This document shows positions 9,216 to 20,086 of a DNA stretch of 41,376 bases, in pieces (positions within the stretch are counted from its first letter, which is position 1; each line of letters begins with the position of its first letter). The notes under the pieces were generated by a model, which was not told the origin of the DNA, did not search any database, and saw only the letters and a list, made by a program, of their open reading frames with translations. The stretch covers positions 1 to 41,376 of the forward strand of contig JABMMT010000177.1 of assembly GCA_013205155.1 (NCBI GenBank). The letters are read 5' to 3'. Both the position numbers and the translations under genes were made by a program. Source of the stretch: Betaproteobacteria bacterium. GTDB taxonomy: Bacteria; Pseudomonadota; Gammaproteobacteria; Burkholderiales; Burkholderiaceae.

Positions 9216-10292
9216 CTACTTTATTTGATTCACTTTAGAAGTGGATTTTCGTTGGTAACGATCAACCGCATTCTCATGCTCATTTAAGGTAGTTGAAAAA
9301 TGACTGCTGCCATCACCCTTTGCAACAAAATACAGCGCATTGCTTTTTCTAGGGTGCGCTGACGCAATTATTGATTCACGGCTTGGCATGGCAATTGGTG
9401 TAGGTGGCAATCCTTTGTTCATATAGGTATTGTAAGGACTGTCTTTACGAAGATCTGCTTTCCTTAAATTTCCATCAAATCGAGAGCCTATTCCATAAAT
9501 CACGGTGGGATCAGTTTGAAGAGGCATCCCTTTTTGGATTCGATTAATTAAGACGGCTGCAATTTTTCCTCGATCCGACGATCTTCCTGTCTCCTTCTCA
9601 ACAATTGACGCCAGAATAAGTAATTCGTAAGGGGATTTCAGTGGTAATTTAAGGTCTTTTTGCCCCCATTCTTGATTAAGCGTTTTTTGCATTGCCTGGG
9701 ATGCACGGCGATAAATATTGATGTCTATGTCTTCAGGATCAAAAATATACGTATCGGGCATAAAGAGGCCCTCTAAGCCGGGATAGCTCAAGTTTAAGGT
9801 TTTTAGCAGTTCTTTTGAGCTCATCCCTTTAGTTTGATGAGTTAATTCCGGATGCGAGTCAACGATATCTCGTAACTGCAAAATAGTCATTCCAGGAATA
9901 ATTGTAATACTTTCTCTCACACGATCACCCCGAGCAATCTGTAGAAGAATCTTTCCAAGACTTGCTTCAGTTTGCAGAAGGTAAGTTCCTGGTTTTAGCT
10001 TTGACCCGACAAAAATAGCTCGCGCACCTATCTGAAAGAAAAGCGGGTTCGAACGAAGTCCCTGCTCTTGGGCCTGCTCAGCAATACTAGCCAAGCTTGA
10101 TTGTGGCTTGATCTTTATTTTATATACGGGGACATCTGCAATATTTGCATCCTTTGGAACTACTGGTAACAGGAAGATAGAGGCATAAAGCAAGGAAATA
10201 AGAGCAGTTGAACCGAGCAGATAGCTCTGAAATATAGGAAATTTGGATTTTTTACGGACAAATAGATTTCTGTTCTGAATTTTTCTGCTCAT
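9216..10292 (-). CDS. mltG: Endolytic murein transglycosylase
   Basis: N-terminal transmembrane segment; [37 protein letters not shown]. Confidence 0.95.
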   Translation of the reverse strand: MSRKIQNRNLFVRKKSKFPIFQSYLLGSTALISLLYASIFLLPVVPKDANIADVPVYKIKIKPQSSLASIAEQAQEQGLRSNPLFFQIGARAIFVGSKLKPGTYLLQTEASLGKILLQIARGDRVRESITIIPGMTILQLRDIVDSHPELTHQTKGMSSKELLKTLNLSYPGLEGLFMPDTYIFDPEDIDINIYRRASQAMQKTLNQEWGQKDLKLPLKSPYELLILASIVEKETGRSSDRGKIAAVLINRIQKGMPLQTDPTVIYGIGSRFDGNLRKADLRKDSPYNTYMNKGLPPTPIAMPSRESIIASAHPRKSNALYFVAKGDGSSHFSTTLNEHENAVDRYQRKSTSKVNQIK

Positions 10293-10309
10293 CAGGCTAT
10301 GATAAAAGG
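10293..10309. promoter_or_regulatory. Symmetric bidirectional leaderless promoter for mltG/ygfZ
   Basis: TATGAT (+) and TATCAT (-) overlap, each 6 nt before an ATG; the two start codons are 18 bp apart. Confidence 0.65.
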
Positions 10310-11314
10310 ATGATGACTATCACTCCTAAAAATAACCCCACATTTAGTAAGATCGGTTTATCAGGCCTCGCCTCACTTTCTGAATGGGGCTTGATATTGA
10401 TTGAAGGGGCCGATGCCAGAGCATTTTTACAAAATCAACTTACCAATACGGTAATGGGCTTAGAACCTACTTCACCACCTCTGATTGCCCAAACTCCTAC
10501 AGCAGTGAGGCTTATTGGCTATTGCAATTCTAAGGGTCGCTTATTAGCAAGCGGATGGCTTGCTTCTTATCAATCAGCTACTTCAGACGATCTTATTTTT
10601 GCTTTATTTGTATCTAAAGATATCGCCGCTCATTTAGCAAAACGACTATCAATGTATGTCTTGCGCTCGAAGGTAACGGTTAAGGATGTATCCGGTGAAT
10701 GGTTTATTTCAGGTTATTACAGCAACATTCAACAAACTGATGAGCTTAATCTAAGAGCAGAAGATTATGGACTTTGTCTTCCTGAAGTTTTACTTGATGG
10801 GCAATCTTATTCACGTACTCTTTTGGCACATCATTCATCAAAATCCCCAAATAATCTTGATGAGAATTCCATATTGCAGTGGAATAGCTTGGAAGTACTT
10901 AGTGCTATACCAAGAATTGTATTGGCTACGCAAGAGAAATTTGTACCTCAAATGATTAATTTTGAGTCTGTTGCAGGAGTGGATTTTAAAAAGGGTTGTT
11001 ATCCTGGCCAAGAAGTTGTAGCCCGCAGTCAGTATCGCGGAGCGATTAAACGCCGCTTACAGTTAGCTTATCTTGATGGTAACTATGATGTTGACCTCTG
11101 CGCGCCTGGAGTTGAACTTTATCAAGGGAGTGACCCCACGCAGCCAGCTGGAATGGTTGTTTTGTCTGCACTAAACCCTCAAATTGCCAATCGGGTTGAT
11201 TTTCAGATCGAATGTAAGTTAGAGGCGCTGGAATCTGGAAAAATACACCTTGGTGGTATTGATGGACCTGTGTTAAAAATAGATTTATTGCCCTACTCCC
11301 TTTTAGAAATTTAA
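10310..11314 (+). CDS. ygfZ: Folate-binding protein YgfZ
   Basis: GADARAFLQNQLT; signature FKKGCYPGQEVVAR. Confidence 0.93.
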   Translation: MMTITPKNNPTFSKIGLSGLASLSEWGLILIEGADARAFLQNQLTNTVMGLEPTSPPLIAQTPTAVRLIGYCNSKGRLLASGWLASYQSATSDDLIFALFVSKDIAAHLAKRLSMYVLRSKVTVKDVSGEWFISGYYSNIQQTDELNLRAEDYGLCLPEVLLDGQSYSRTLLAHHSSKSPNNLDENSILQWNSLEVLSAIPRIVLATQEKFVPQMINFESVAGVDFKKGCYPGQEVVARSQYRGAIKRRLQLAYLDGNYDVDLCAPGVELYQGSDPTQPAGMVVLSALNPQIANRVDFQIECKLEALESGKIHLGGIDGPVLKIDLLPYSLLEI

Positions 11315-11320
11315 TCGGTT

Positions 11321-12178
11321 ATGTGTCTCATTCTTTTTGCCTGGAAATCACATCCTGACTATCCATTGGTAGTAGCGGCTAATCGTGATGAATTTTATGA
11401 GCGTGACACAGAGGCTATTAGCTGGTGGCCTGAACACCCTCATGTCTTAGCTGGCCGTGATCGTGCTGATGTATTGGGAAGTCCTGGAACTTGGCTAGGA
11501 TTTACTAAAACCGGTCGTTTTGCTGCGCTGACTAATGTAAGGGCACCAAGTGAAAAGAATCCCGATGCACGAACTCGCGGTGAACTTTCACTCATGTATC
11601 TCACGAATACTGAACGTCCAAATGAATTTATTCAAAGCAATGTAAAACGCTTTCAACAGTACAACGGCTTTAATTTACTGATGGCAGATTTAAGTGACCC
11701 AGAAAATGCAGAGATGCATTGGGTTAGTAATCGCATGATCATGGGTCAAAATATTCGACCACGTAAAGTATTTCCTGAGCAAGCATTAACTCCAGGTGTA
11801 TATGGATTATCTAATGCAATGTTAGATACCCCATGGCCAAAAGTCAATCATCGTGTCGCTGCCTTTGCCCAAACCTTGGCAATGGATCATGGCTTACTAA
11901 AAAATGCAGACCACTATTTAAAGCTTTTGGCTGATACCCATGTAGCTAGTGATCATGAGCTACCAAATACTGGTGTCAATCGAGATTGGGAAAAAGCGCT
12001 TTCACCAGCATTTATTAAAACGCCCTCTTATGGCACACGTTCAAGTACCGTTTTAAGAATTCGAAAAGATGGTCATTTTGAAATGGTTGAGAGACGCTTT
12101 GATGCATCAGGAACAGTAGGTCATGATGTCGTAACTGGAGCGCTCAGCAAAGCCCCTGGCTCAAATCTGTCTGTCTGA
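11321..12178 (+). CDS. NRDE-family (TANGO2-like) protein
   Basis: MCLI start, ANRDEF, GTWLG, GLSNAMLDTPWPKV, YGTRSST. Confidence 0.93.
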   Translation: MCLILFAWKSHPDYPLVVAANRDEFYERDTEAISWWPEHPHVLAGRDRADVLGSPGTWLGFTKTGRFAALTNVRAPSEKNPDARTRGELSLMYLTNTERPNEFIQSNVKRFQQYNGFNLLMADLSDPENAEMHWVSNRMIMGQNIRPRKVFPEQALTPGVYGLSNAMLDTPWPKVNHRVAAFAQTLAMDHGLLKNADHYLKLLADTHVASDHELPNTGVNRDWEKALSPAFIKTPSYGTRSSTVLRIRKDGHFEMVERRFDASGTVGHDVVTGALSKAPGSNLSV

Positions 12179-12179
12179 C

Positions 12180-12662
12180 TTAAACTGATCGCTGATCATC
12201 ATTAATTACCCTTACTCCACCTGCATCCCGAGTAGCTAGACGTTTAATATATTTAAATGTGCCAGTAGCCATGCAGCAAACTTCGCCTTGATCGTTATAT
12301 AGTTTAGCCTCACAAAATGCCATGGTTGCAGTATGACGAACAGTATCGGCCTTAACGCGTAGAACCCCATTAGCTGCCTGCATAAAATTGTTTTTTAGCT
12401 CAATAGTGACCACGCTTCGATCTGCTGGGTCACCAGATCTGGCGGCAACCGCCATAGCAACATCCATTAGAGTGAGCAATACTCCACCATGGGCCACTTC
12501 CCAAGTATTGGTGTGTTCAGGCTTGAGGGCCAGTAGGATTTCACCTTTTCCCATTTCTGCGCTGAGGAATCGGACACCTAACAGCTTCAGAAACGGAACA
12601 TTGAGTTCTTCGCCTAAATTAGCAAGCTGAGTTTGAGGGCTATTCTGTACTTGTTTATTCAT
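12180..12662 (-). CDS. PaaI-family hotdog thioesterase
   Basis: NTWEVAHGGVLLTLMDVAM, TIELKNNF, ATGTF. Confidence 0.88.
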   Translation of the reverse strand: MNKQVQNSPQTQLANLGEELNVPFLKLLGVRFLSAEMGKGEILLALKPEHTNTWEVAHGGVLLTLMDVAMAVAARSGDPADRSVVTIELKNNFMQAANGVLRVKADTVRHTATMAFCEAKLYNDQGEVCCMATGTFKYIKRLATRDAGGVRVINDDQRSV

Positions 12663-12717
12663 AAGGTAATTTTAGAGGGTTGAACAGAGTTTAGGAATTC
12701 CACCTAGAATAGCCCCT

Positions 12718-14184
12718 ATGGCCTTCACCCTCACTGGCATAGATGCTTGCCAGATTACATTACCTACTCCCATACCCGATCCCTATTGGGTTGCTTTTTC
12801 GCCCTCTTCTGCAGGGCTAGTCACTATCAATTTGAACGCGTCAAATTTACCAGCAGATCCTGCCTGGTTGAGTTTATTAGCGGGCAATCAACTACTGACT
12901 AAGCAACATGATTTTTCTAGCCCTATTGCAACCGCATATAGTGGTCATCAATTTGGCGTTTGGGCTGGGCAACTTGGGGATGGTAGAGCGATTCTTTTAG
13001 GTGATATTGCTGGACAAGAATTACAGCTCAAGGGGGCTGGTAAAACTCATTACTCCAGAATGGGGGATGGTCGAGCCGTTTTACGCTCCTCCATCAGAGA
13101 ATTTTTGTGTAGCGAGGCGATGCATGGCTTAGGAGTTCCCACCACCAGGGCACTTTCGGTGGTTGGATCCAGACTTTCAGTGCTGAGAGAGGAAATGGAG
13201 ACAGCTGCTGTATGTGCTCGCCTTGCACCTAGCTTTATTCGCATTGGACATTTTGAACACTATAACTCCTTGAAAAATATTGCTCGACTCAAGGAGTTAG
13301 CTGACCTTCTGATAGCTGATCATTACCCACACTGTCAATCTGCGCAAGAGCCCTATTTGGAGTTATTTAAAAACATCTCGGAACGTAATGCAAAGTTGGT
13401 AGCGCAATGGCAAGCTGTTGGCTTTTGTCATGGGGTTCTTAACAGCGACAATATCAGCGCTTTAGGTTTGACAATTGACTATGGCCCATTTGGTTTTTTA
13501 GATTACTTTCAAATTGACCACATCTGCAATCATAGCGACCATGGTGGCCGTTATGCCTACCATCGCCAACCTCAGATCATGCATTGGAATATGGCTTGCC
13601 TGGCTAGCGCACTCCTCCCCCTTCTAGAATTAAAGCACTCTGAAAATGACGCTCAGACGATGCTTCGTAATGCTCTTGAAGAGTTTCCTTTGATATATAC
13701 AGATTCATGGCAGAAATTATTTAGAGCAAAACTAGGACTTCAAACAATAGTTGAGGGAGATACTTTGTTAGTAGAGAGGCTTTTGCAAGCGATGCATGAC
13801 TCAAAAGTAGACTTCACCTCCTTTTTTAGAGGATTAAGTAGCATCAGTTCACAAACGCCAGTAAAAGATATTTCACTGAGAGACAATTTTGTCGATCGCG
13901 AGATAATTGATGAATGGTTTAAAGACTATTTAGAGCGTATTAAGACTGAAACTATGAACGATATTGAGCGGTCCTCTCTGATGAAGCAAGCTAACCCGAA
14001 GTTTGTACTGCGCAACCATTTGGCTCAAAAAGCAATTGAAATGGCTCAACAAGACGATTTTTCAGAAATAAAAAGATTAATGGCTATTCTTGCCACACCA
14101 TTTGATGACCAACCCCAATATGAAGATTATGCAAAACCACCACCTCCTGGTGAAAATCATATTGAGGTAAGCTGTTCCTCTTAA
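12718..14184 (+). CDS. selO: Protein adenylyltransferase SelO/YdiU
   Basis: [53 protein letters not shown]-terminal SCSS. Confidence 0.95.
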   Translation: MAFTLTGIDACQITLPTPIPDPYWVAFSPSSAGLVTINLNASNLPADPAWLSLLAGNQLLTKQHDFSSPIATAYSGHQFGVWAGQLGDGRAILLGDIAGQELQLKGAGKTHYSRMGDGRAVLRSSIREFLCSEAMHGLGVPTTRALSVVGSRLSVLREEMETAAVCARLAPSFIRIGHFEHYNSLKNIARLKELADLLIADHYPHCQSAQEPYLELFKNISERNAKLVAQWQAVGFCHGVLNSDNISALGLTIDYGPFGFLDYFQIDHICNHSDHGGRYAYHRQPQIMHWNMACLASALLPLLELKHSENDAQTMLRNALEEFPLIYTDSWQKLFRAKLGLQTIVEGDTLLVERLLQAMHDSKVDFTSFFRGLSSISSQTPVKDISLRDNFVDREIIDEWFKDYLERIKTETMNDIERSSLMKQANPKFVLRNHLAQKAIEMAQQDDFSEIKRLMAILATPFDDQPQYEDYAKPPPPGENHIEVSCSS

Positions 14185-14213
14185 TAAATGATGATACTTT
14201 TAAGATTTCCTTT

Positions 14214-14624
14214 ATGAAAAAAACGAATCCAGAATACAAAGAAGTTTTAAGTGACATAGAGTATCGAGTCACACGTGAGGCCGCCACCGAGAGGCCTTTC
14301 ACCGGAAAATACTGGGATCATTGGGATCAAGGCCGCTATAAATGTGTATGTTGTGGAACGCCACTTTTTCTATCAGGGACAAAATTTGATGCGGGTTGTG
14401 GATGGCCGAGCTATAACGCACCCGAGCAAGAATCAGCCATTAAAGAAGTTAAAGACGGAACCCATGGGATGATTCGGACCGAGGTGCGTTGTACGAATTG
14501 CGATGCTCATTTAGGTCATGTCTTTGATGATGGCCCTGCCCCAACTGGTCTTCGCTACTGTATTAACTCTGCTTCACTCAGTTTTGAGCCCAGCGAAAAT
14601 GCCGCAGTCAATCCAAAAGGCTAA
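14214..14624 (+). CDS. msrB: Methionine-R-sulfoxide reductase
   Basis: [36 protein letters not shown]. Confidence 0.96.
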   Translation: MKKTNPEYKEVLSDIEYRVTREAATERPFTGKYWDHWDQGRYKCVCCGTPLFLSGTKFDAGCGWPSYNAPEQESAIKEVKDGTHGMIRTEVRCTNCDAHLGHVFDDGPAPTGLRYCINSASLSFEPSENAAVNPKG

Positions 14625-14650
14625 AAATCAAATAGCTGCATAATCTCATT

Positions 14651-15199
14651 ATGAAATTTCTTTTTGACCTCTTCCCCATTATTTTATTTTTTATCGCCTT
14701 TAAGTTTGGTGATATCTATACCGCTACGATTGTGGCAATGGTCGCAACCATAGGTCAGATTCTTTGGGTTTACTACCGTCACCGTAAAATTGACACCATG
14801 CAATGGGTCAGCCTAGTAATGATCCTAGTCTTTGGTAGTTTGACTATTTTTCTGCATGATAAAACATTTATCCAGCTTAAGCCTACCGCCCTATATTGGC
14901 TTTTTTCTGCTGTTCTATTTATCAGCTCTGAATTTTTTAAGAAAAATTGGATTGAGGTTTTAATGGGAAAGCAAGTGAGCTTAAAAGCTCAAAATGCTGG
15001 CTCTGTATGGTCGACATTAAATCGCGCTTGGGCAGCCTTTTTCTTCTTGATGGGTTCCCTCAATTTATATGTTGCCTTCGAATTTTCTGAAGAGACCTGG
15101 GTAAATTTTAAGCTTTTTGGAAGCACTGGATTGCTCATTGCATTTGTCATTGTTCAGGGTGTTTGGTTAAGTCGCCATATGGAAAATCCTGAGTCATGA
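14651..15199 (+). CDS. yciB: Inner-membrane septation protein YciB/IspZ
   Basis: MKFLFDLFPIILFF, FIQLKPT, WVNFKLFG. Confidence 0.93.
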   Translation: MKFLFDLFPIILFFIAFKFGDIYTATIVAMVATIGQILWVYYRHRKIDTMQWVSLVMILVFGSLTIFLHDKTFIQLKPTALYWLFSAVLFISSEFFKKNWIEVLMGKQVSLKAQNAGSVWSTLNRAWAAFFFLMGSLNLYVAFEFSEETWVNFKLFGSTGLLIAFVIVQGVWLSRHMENPES

Positions 15200-15480
15200 A
15201 TATTAATCAAAAAAGAATCGTGCTTTTTGAGGCAGATCTTAAAAAATCATTTGATTTAAAACATCTTCTAATTGAAGATGAGAGTCACCTTCATGCTGGT
15301 CATGCAGGTGCGGCTACGGGGGGCGGCCACTTCAAAGTAACCATAGTAGCCCCTGAATTCACAGGTCAAAATCTGGTGGCACGTCATAGGGCAATTTACA
15401 AAGCCTTAAATGAGCATATACCAAGGGAAATTCATGCACTTACAATTTCCGCCCTCACCCCAGAAGAGTTCTGGGCCTAA
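15196..15480 (+). CDS. bolA: BolA-family protein
   Basis: DESHLHAGH, GHFKVTIV, RHRAIY, IHAL. Confidence 0.92.
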   Translation: MNINQKRIVLFEADLKKSFDLKHLLIEDESHLHAGHAGAATGGGHFKVTIVAPEFTGQNLVARHRAIYKALNEHIPREIHALTISALTPEEFWA

Positions 15481-15546
15481 TAGTGCTTTAATATAGAGCG
15501 CTAACCTAATTGTTTAACAAATTTATCTATTAATACACTAAATCCA

Positions 15547-16341
15547 ATGTTTAAAATCCATCATCTTATTTCTATTAGTATTTTCAGTGCCTGCCTATTC
15601 TCTTCCACTGCTTTCTCTCAAAATGCAGCCATTGTGAATGGTAAGTCCATCCCCAAATCCCAACTAGATAAATTGGTGCAAAAGTCTAATCAGCCTGATA
15701 CCCCACAACTTCGTGATCAAGCCAGAGAGATGTTAGTGACTCGTGAGTTAATTTTGCAAGAGGCAGATAAACGCGGCTTAACTCAAAAAGAATCTGTTAG
15801 AGAGCAGTTGGAGCAATCTCGCATGGGCGTATTAGTGGCGGCTGTCTTTGAAGATTTTGTTGAAAAGGAAGGCGTAGCAGAATCTGAGTTAAAGGCAGCA
15901 TATGAATCTGTTAAAACGCAATATACCGGCAAGGAATATCACGTAGAGCATATTTTGGTCGAGAAAGAATCAGACGCCAAAGCAATTATTACTAAGATAA
16001 AAGGTGGCGCTAATTTTGAAGAGATTGCCAAGGCAAAATCAAAGGATCCTGGCTCCGCACCCAACGGTGGTGATTTAGGATGGGTATCTGATAAATCCCT
16101 AGTCCCAGAATTTTCAAAGGCCATGGTGCAACTTAAAAATGCTCAGATCACAGACAAGCCTGTGAAATCTCAATTTGGATGGCACATTATCAAAATGCTT
16201 GATGTTAGAGAGGTTAAGGCTCCAAGCATGGATGAGATCAAGGATCAATTAAAGCAAATGATTGTTTCTGATGAGAATTGGCAAAAAGCGAAGTTTGCTG
16301 AAATGACTCAAAAGTTACGTGCCAAGGCAAAGATCCAGTAA
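15547..16341 (+). CDS. Periplasmic parvulin-type peptidyl-prolyl isomerase
   Basis: Signal peptide; HILV, FEEIAK..SKD, GGDLGW, SQFGWHII. Confidence 0.92.
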   Translation: MFKIHHLISISIFSACLFSSTAFSQNAAIVNGKSIPKSQLDKLVQKSNQPDTPQLRDQAREMLVTRELILQEADKRGLTQKESVREQLEQSRMGVLVAAVFEDFVEKEGVAESELKAAYESVKTQYTGKEYHVEHILVEKESDAKAIITKIKGGANFEEIAKAKSKDPGSAPNGGDLGWVSDKSLVPEFSKAMVQLKNAQITDKPVKSQFGWHIIKMLDVREVKAPSMDEIKDQLKQMIVSDENWQKAKFAEMTQKLRAKAKIQ

Positions 16342-16351
16342 TAATTGAAAT

Positions 16352-17509
16352 CTATCTAGCGAGATTTTGGTACGGTCGTAGTTTATGAATCGCCATTCCC
16401 GCTAATCCACAAGCAAAAGCGGATACCACAAAGACGTCTCTTGGTTGAGCGCTCTCCCAGATCCATCCTGCAAATAAGCCCCCTAGAGTACCCCCTAGGC
16501 CATATGAAACGGTTGCCATTAAAGCTTGTCCGCGAGCCTGAAGCGGCCCAGTAAACCAGCGCTGTAACAGCTTAGTTGCCGCACTATGATGAGCTGCAAA
16601 TGTTCCTGCATGCATTATCTGCGCAATGATTAATACAGATGTAATGGGCAAGAAAGCCATGAGTACAAACCGAATAATCCCAATCCCAAAGGATGCTTGT
16701 AAAACAACTTCTGGGTCGAGCCTGCTAAGTACTTTACTTTGGTAGTAAAAGAATACTACTTCAGCAAAAACACCCAAGGCCCAAAATAATCCAATTTGGA
16801 ATTTGTTATAACCAAGATCAGCCAGATAAAGGGAATAGAAAACATAGAGGGCTGCATGGGCAAATTGCATAAAAAAACCAGATAATAAAAACCAACGTAC
16901 ATCTGGATTTAGTAACACAACCCAAAACTCCCCTTTCACCATCTTATGACGCTCTAGCTTAGGTTCGTGCATTAAGAACGTTATCGCAGCCAATGCAATC
17001 AAAACAATAGCACCGACAAGTGGGTATAGCTCAATACTGTTACGCTGGAATAATTCACCTGCAAACAGTACCATCACGATGAAACCAATTGATCCCCAAA
17101 GCCGTAAACGACCATAGCGTTTATCAAAGGAATTGTCCTTAAATAAAGCATGTACGGTAGCTGACTCACCAAGAGGCATCAGACTGCTGAGGATGGTGTG
17201 TAAGACAAACATCCAAATAAAGAAACTAATGTAGCTATGTAAAAAATAAATAGCGGTAAATACTAACGCCCCAAGGCAAGCACAAAAACGAATGATGCCA
17301 ATTCGATTAGAGAGGTAGTCTGAGAGCCATCCCCAAGAAAATGGACCAATAATGCGTGTGACTTGCAGCATCGACATCAAGATTGCAATCTCGATAACCG
17401 TAAACCCGCGATCTAAAAAAAATAAGCTGGCAAAAGGTGACACCAGACCAATATAGGCGAAGTACAAAAAGAAAAAGGACCCGAAGGCCCAGCGAACCAG
17501 TGGTGTCAT
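16352..17509 (-). CDS. MFS transporter (MFS_1_like/HcaT-like)
   Basis: About 12 hydrophobic segments; WGWLSD, YGRLRLWGSIGF, GVFAEV. Confidence 0.88.
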   Translation of the reverse strand: MTPLVRWAFGSFFFLYFAYIGLVSPFASLFFLDRGFTVIEIAILMSMLQVTRIIGPFSWGWLSDYLSNRIGIIRFCACLGALVFTAIYFLHSYISFFIWMFVLHTILSSLMPLGESATVHALFKDNSFDKRYGRLRLWGSIGFIVMVLFAGELFQRNSIELYPLVGAIVLIALAAITFLMHEPKLERHKMVKGEFWVVLLNPDVRWFLLSGFFMQFAHAALYVFYSLYLADLGYNKFQIGLFWALGVFAEVVFFYYQSKVLSRLDPEVVLQASFGIGIIRFVLMAFLPITSVLIIAQIMHAGTFAAHHSAATKLLQRWFTGPLQARGQALMATVSYGLGGTLGGLFAGWIWESAQPRDVFVVSAFACGLAGMAIHKLRPYQNLAR

Positions 17510-17523
17510 TTCATTACTCTAGG

Positions 17524-18639
17524 CTAATCCAATTGAGAGCCTGGACGTGCAGAAGCTATAGGCGGCACAGTAAGTGACACATCGCCACATTGTGCGCGGT
17601 GCCGCAAGGCATGATCCATTAGGACCAAAGCAAGCATCGCTTCAGCTATTGGGGTTGCTCGAATGCCAACACAGGGATCATGTCGACCCTTAGTCTGGAG
17701 AGTAATCGGCTCACCATCAATATCGATAGACTGTTTCGGGCTGTGAATGCTAGAAGTGGGCTTGATCGCTATTGAAACTCGTAGATCTTGACCGCTACTA
17801 ATTCCACCTAGCGTACCGCCTGCATTATTGGTAGCAAAACCATCAGGATAAAGTTCATCGCCATGTTCGCTACCAAGCTGCGCAACAGATCTGAAACCTG
17901 CACCGATCTCAACACCCTTTACTGCATTGATGCCCATCAACGCATGCGCTATGTCAGCATCAAGTTTGTCAAATAATGGTTCACCAAGACCGATAGGAAC
18001 ATTGCGTGCGCGTACCTCAATCTTTGCCCCACAAGAATCTCCGGATTTGCGTAATTGATCCATGTAAGATTCCAGCTGAGGGATGATTTCAGCATTTGCT
18101 GCAAAAAATGCATTTTGATTTATTTGCCCAATATCTTTAAAAGGAATTTCAAGATGTCCTAATTGGCTCATATATCCATAGAACTCGGTGCCATACTGAA
18201 GTTTTAACCACTTTTTAGCAATGGCAGCTGCAGCAACCACTGGCGCAGTAAGACGAGCTGAAGAACGACCCCCACCTCGTGGATCACGAAAACCATATTT
18301 ATGATGGTATGCATAGTCTGCATGACCAGGCCTAAAGGTGTGCAAGATGTCACCATAATCTTGACTTCGATGGTCAGTATTACGGATCAGTAATGCAATC
18401 GGCGTTCCTGTAGTTTTGCCTTCAAATACACCAGAGAGTATCTCAACTTTGTCCTCTTCCTTGCGCTGAGTAACATGGCGTGAAGTGCCAGGCTTGCGAC
18501 GATCTAGGTCAACCTGTAGATCTTCCTCAGAAAGCAGCATACCCGGAGGGCAGCCATCAACCACAGCCCCTATCGCAGGACCGTGTGACTCACCAAAAGT
18601 GGTAACAGTAAAAAGGAGGCCTAAGGTATTTCCAGACAT
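17524..18639 (-). CDS. aroC: Chorismate synthase
   Basis: [33 protein letters not shown]. Confidence 0.97.
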   Translation of the reverse strand: MSGNTLGLLFTVTTFGESHGPAIGAVVDGCPPGMLLSEEDLQVDLDRRKPGTSRHVTQRKEEDKVEILSGVFEGKTTGTPIALLIRNTDHRSQDYGDILHTFRPGHADYAYHHKYGFRDPRGGGRSSARLTAPVVAAAAIAKKWLKLQYGTEFYGYMSQLGHLEIPFKDIGQINQNAFFAANAEIIPQLESYMDQLRKSGDSCGAKIEVRARNVPIGLGEPLFDKLDADIAHALMGINAVKGVEIGAGFRSVAQLGSEHGDELYPDGFATNNAGGTLGGISSGQDLRVSIAIKPTSSIHSPKQSIDIDGEPITLQTKGRHDPCVGIRATPIAEAMLALVLMDHALRHRAQCGDVSLTVPPIASARPGSQLD

Positions 18640-18682
18640 ACAGACATTATGTCATTTGTCAGAAAATTCAGGCTAGATCTTC

Positions 18683-19138
18683 TTAATTGACACTTTTTTC
18701 AGTATCTTCCGGCCAATCCCGAATATAGGCCTTTAACATGGTGTTTTCAAAGTCTTGAGCCTCTACGACAGACTTAGCCACATCATAAAAAGAGATAACA
18801 CCCATCAGTATTTTTTGATCCATCACAGGAAGGTAGCGAGCATGATCTTCTAACATCATGCGGCGCACTTCATCAATCTCTGTTTCCATATTGCAGGTCA
18901 GTGGCTTTGATTTCATGACTGAGTCAACTTGAAGTCCGTCTAACTTTCCATGATGTTTTGACAATGCAGAAATAACTTCTCGAAATGTCAAAATGCCAAC
19001 TAATTTGTCATACACCATCACAACTAAAGAACCAATATCGTGTTCGCTCATTACTAAAACCGCTGTCTGCAATGCAGTATCAGGGCTTACGGTAAATAGA
19101 GTACTGCCCTTCACTCGTAATATGTCACGAACTTTCAT
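18683..19138 (-). CDS. CBS-domain pair protein
   Basis: DIGSLVV..LVGILTFRE and RYLPV..GVISFYDV. Confidence 0.88.
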   Translation of the reverse strand: MKVRDILRVKGSTLFTVSPDTALQTAVLVMSEHDIGSLVVMVYDKLVGILTFREVISALSKHHGKLDGLQVDSVMKSKPLTCNMETEIDEVRRMMLEDHARYLPVMDQKILMGVISFYDVAKSVVEAQDFENTMLKAYIRDWPEDTEKSVN

Positions 19139-19215
19139 CTAATCTCCGAAACAATGATTCTATAGATTCAATATATTCCTAAGGGCGCCTTGAATCAAGG
19201 CTAAACGGCCTGCTT

Positions 19216-20064
19216 TTAGTAACGAATAACCCTAACAACTCCCTTGCGAACTTCCGGAAGATTCGAGACTAAAACTGCTCCTGCAAGCGTAATCCACCAG
19301 GTTAGATAAATCCAAATCAGTGCAAGTGGAAAAATGGCAAATGCTCCATAAACAGTCTTATAAAAGGCTATATAGGTAAGGAAAATAGCAAATCCAAACT
19401 TCATCAACTCAAACGTAATTGCTGCAAAAAAAGCGCCGGAGATAGCGTCGACCCATAGAATCTTAGAATACGGCAGAATCTTATAAACAACGGCATACAC
19501 AATGATGGCTAATAATATTGGTGTAACAGTTGCGATAACCCGAAAACCCATTGAAATAGATTTGATCCAGCCTTCAGAGGCGCTAAACAAAATACCGCTT
19601 AAGTAGATTCCAAGCCCAAGTAGGATGGGTCCTAAAATAGTTGCTGCACCATAGATAAAAATCTTCTTATAGAGTGGTCGTTTTTCGTGAACTTTGAATA
19701 TTTGGTTAAAAGCGCCCTCTATTACAACTAAAGTCATGATCGTAGTAATGACTAGACCAATTAAACCAATATAGGTTAACCCTCGCGCCTTGGATGAAAA
19801 TTGGTCTAGGTAAACGAGCATTTGTTGATTAAATCCACCAGGCATATAACTATCTAATAGCCAGTAGCGAAAGGTATTCTTGATTTGAATGACGCTTGGC
19901 AAATAACCAATTAATATGGTGGCGAGCGTTAGCATGGGCACCAAGGATAAGGTGGTCGTAAATGCCAAACTGGCAGCAATTTGCTTTAGATTTTGACCCC
20001 GATTGCGGTCCCATATCTCTTTGGCAAGAGAGAGCCATAATTGGGGGTTACGAATAAGGCGCAT
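19216..20064 (-). CDS. YihY/BrkB-family inner membrane protein
   Basis: AASLAFTTTLSLVP, IEGAFNQIF, YGAFAIFPLALIWIYLTWWITLAGA. Confidence 0.9.
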   Translation of the reverse strand: MRLIRNPQLWLSLAKEIWDRNRGQNLKQIAASLAFTTTLSLVPMLTLATILIGYLPSVIQIKNTFRYWLLDSYMPGGFNQQMLVYLDQFSSKARGLTYIGLIGLVITTIMTLVVIEGAFNQIFKVHEKRPLYKKIFIYGAATILGPILLGLGIYLSGILFSASEGWIKSISMGFRVIATVTPILLAIIVYAVVYKILPYSKILWVDAISGAFFAAITFELMKFGFAIFLTYIAFYKTVYGAFAIFPLALIWIYLTWWITLAGAVLVSNLPEVRKGVVRVIRY

Positions 20065-20086
20065 CGCCGTATCATAAGAGAAGAAT
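20065..20086. promoter_or_regulatory. Symmetric bidirectional promoter for yihY/wrbA
   Basis: TATCATA at 20070-20076 reads as a -10 box on both strands; TATGAT (-) is 6 nt before the yihY ATG. Confidence 0.55.

Noticed and set aside
14170-14190. Selenocysteine in SelO
   Set aside because: The C-terminus is SCSS with a TGT codon and a TAA stop; there is no in-frame TGA
19187-19201. Perfect inverted repeat GCCTTGA-A-TCAAGGC as an FNR box
   Set aside because: Half-site spacing does not fit TTGAT-N4-ATCAA; function not assignable
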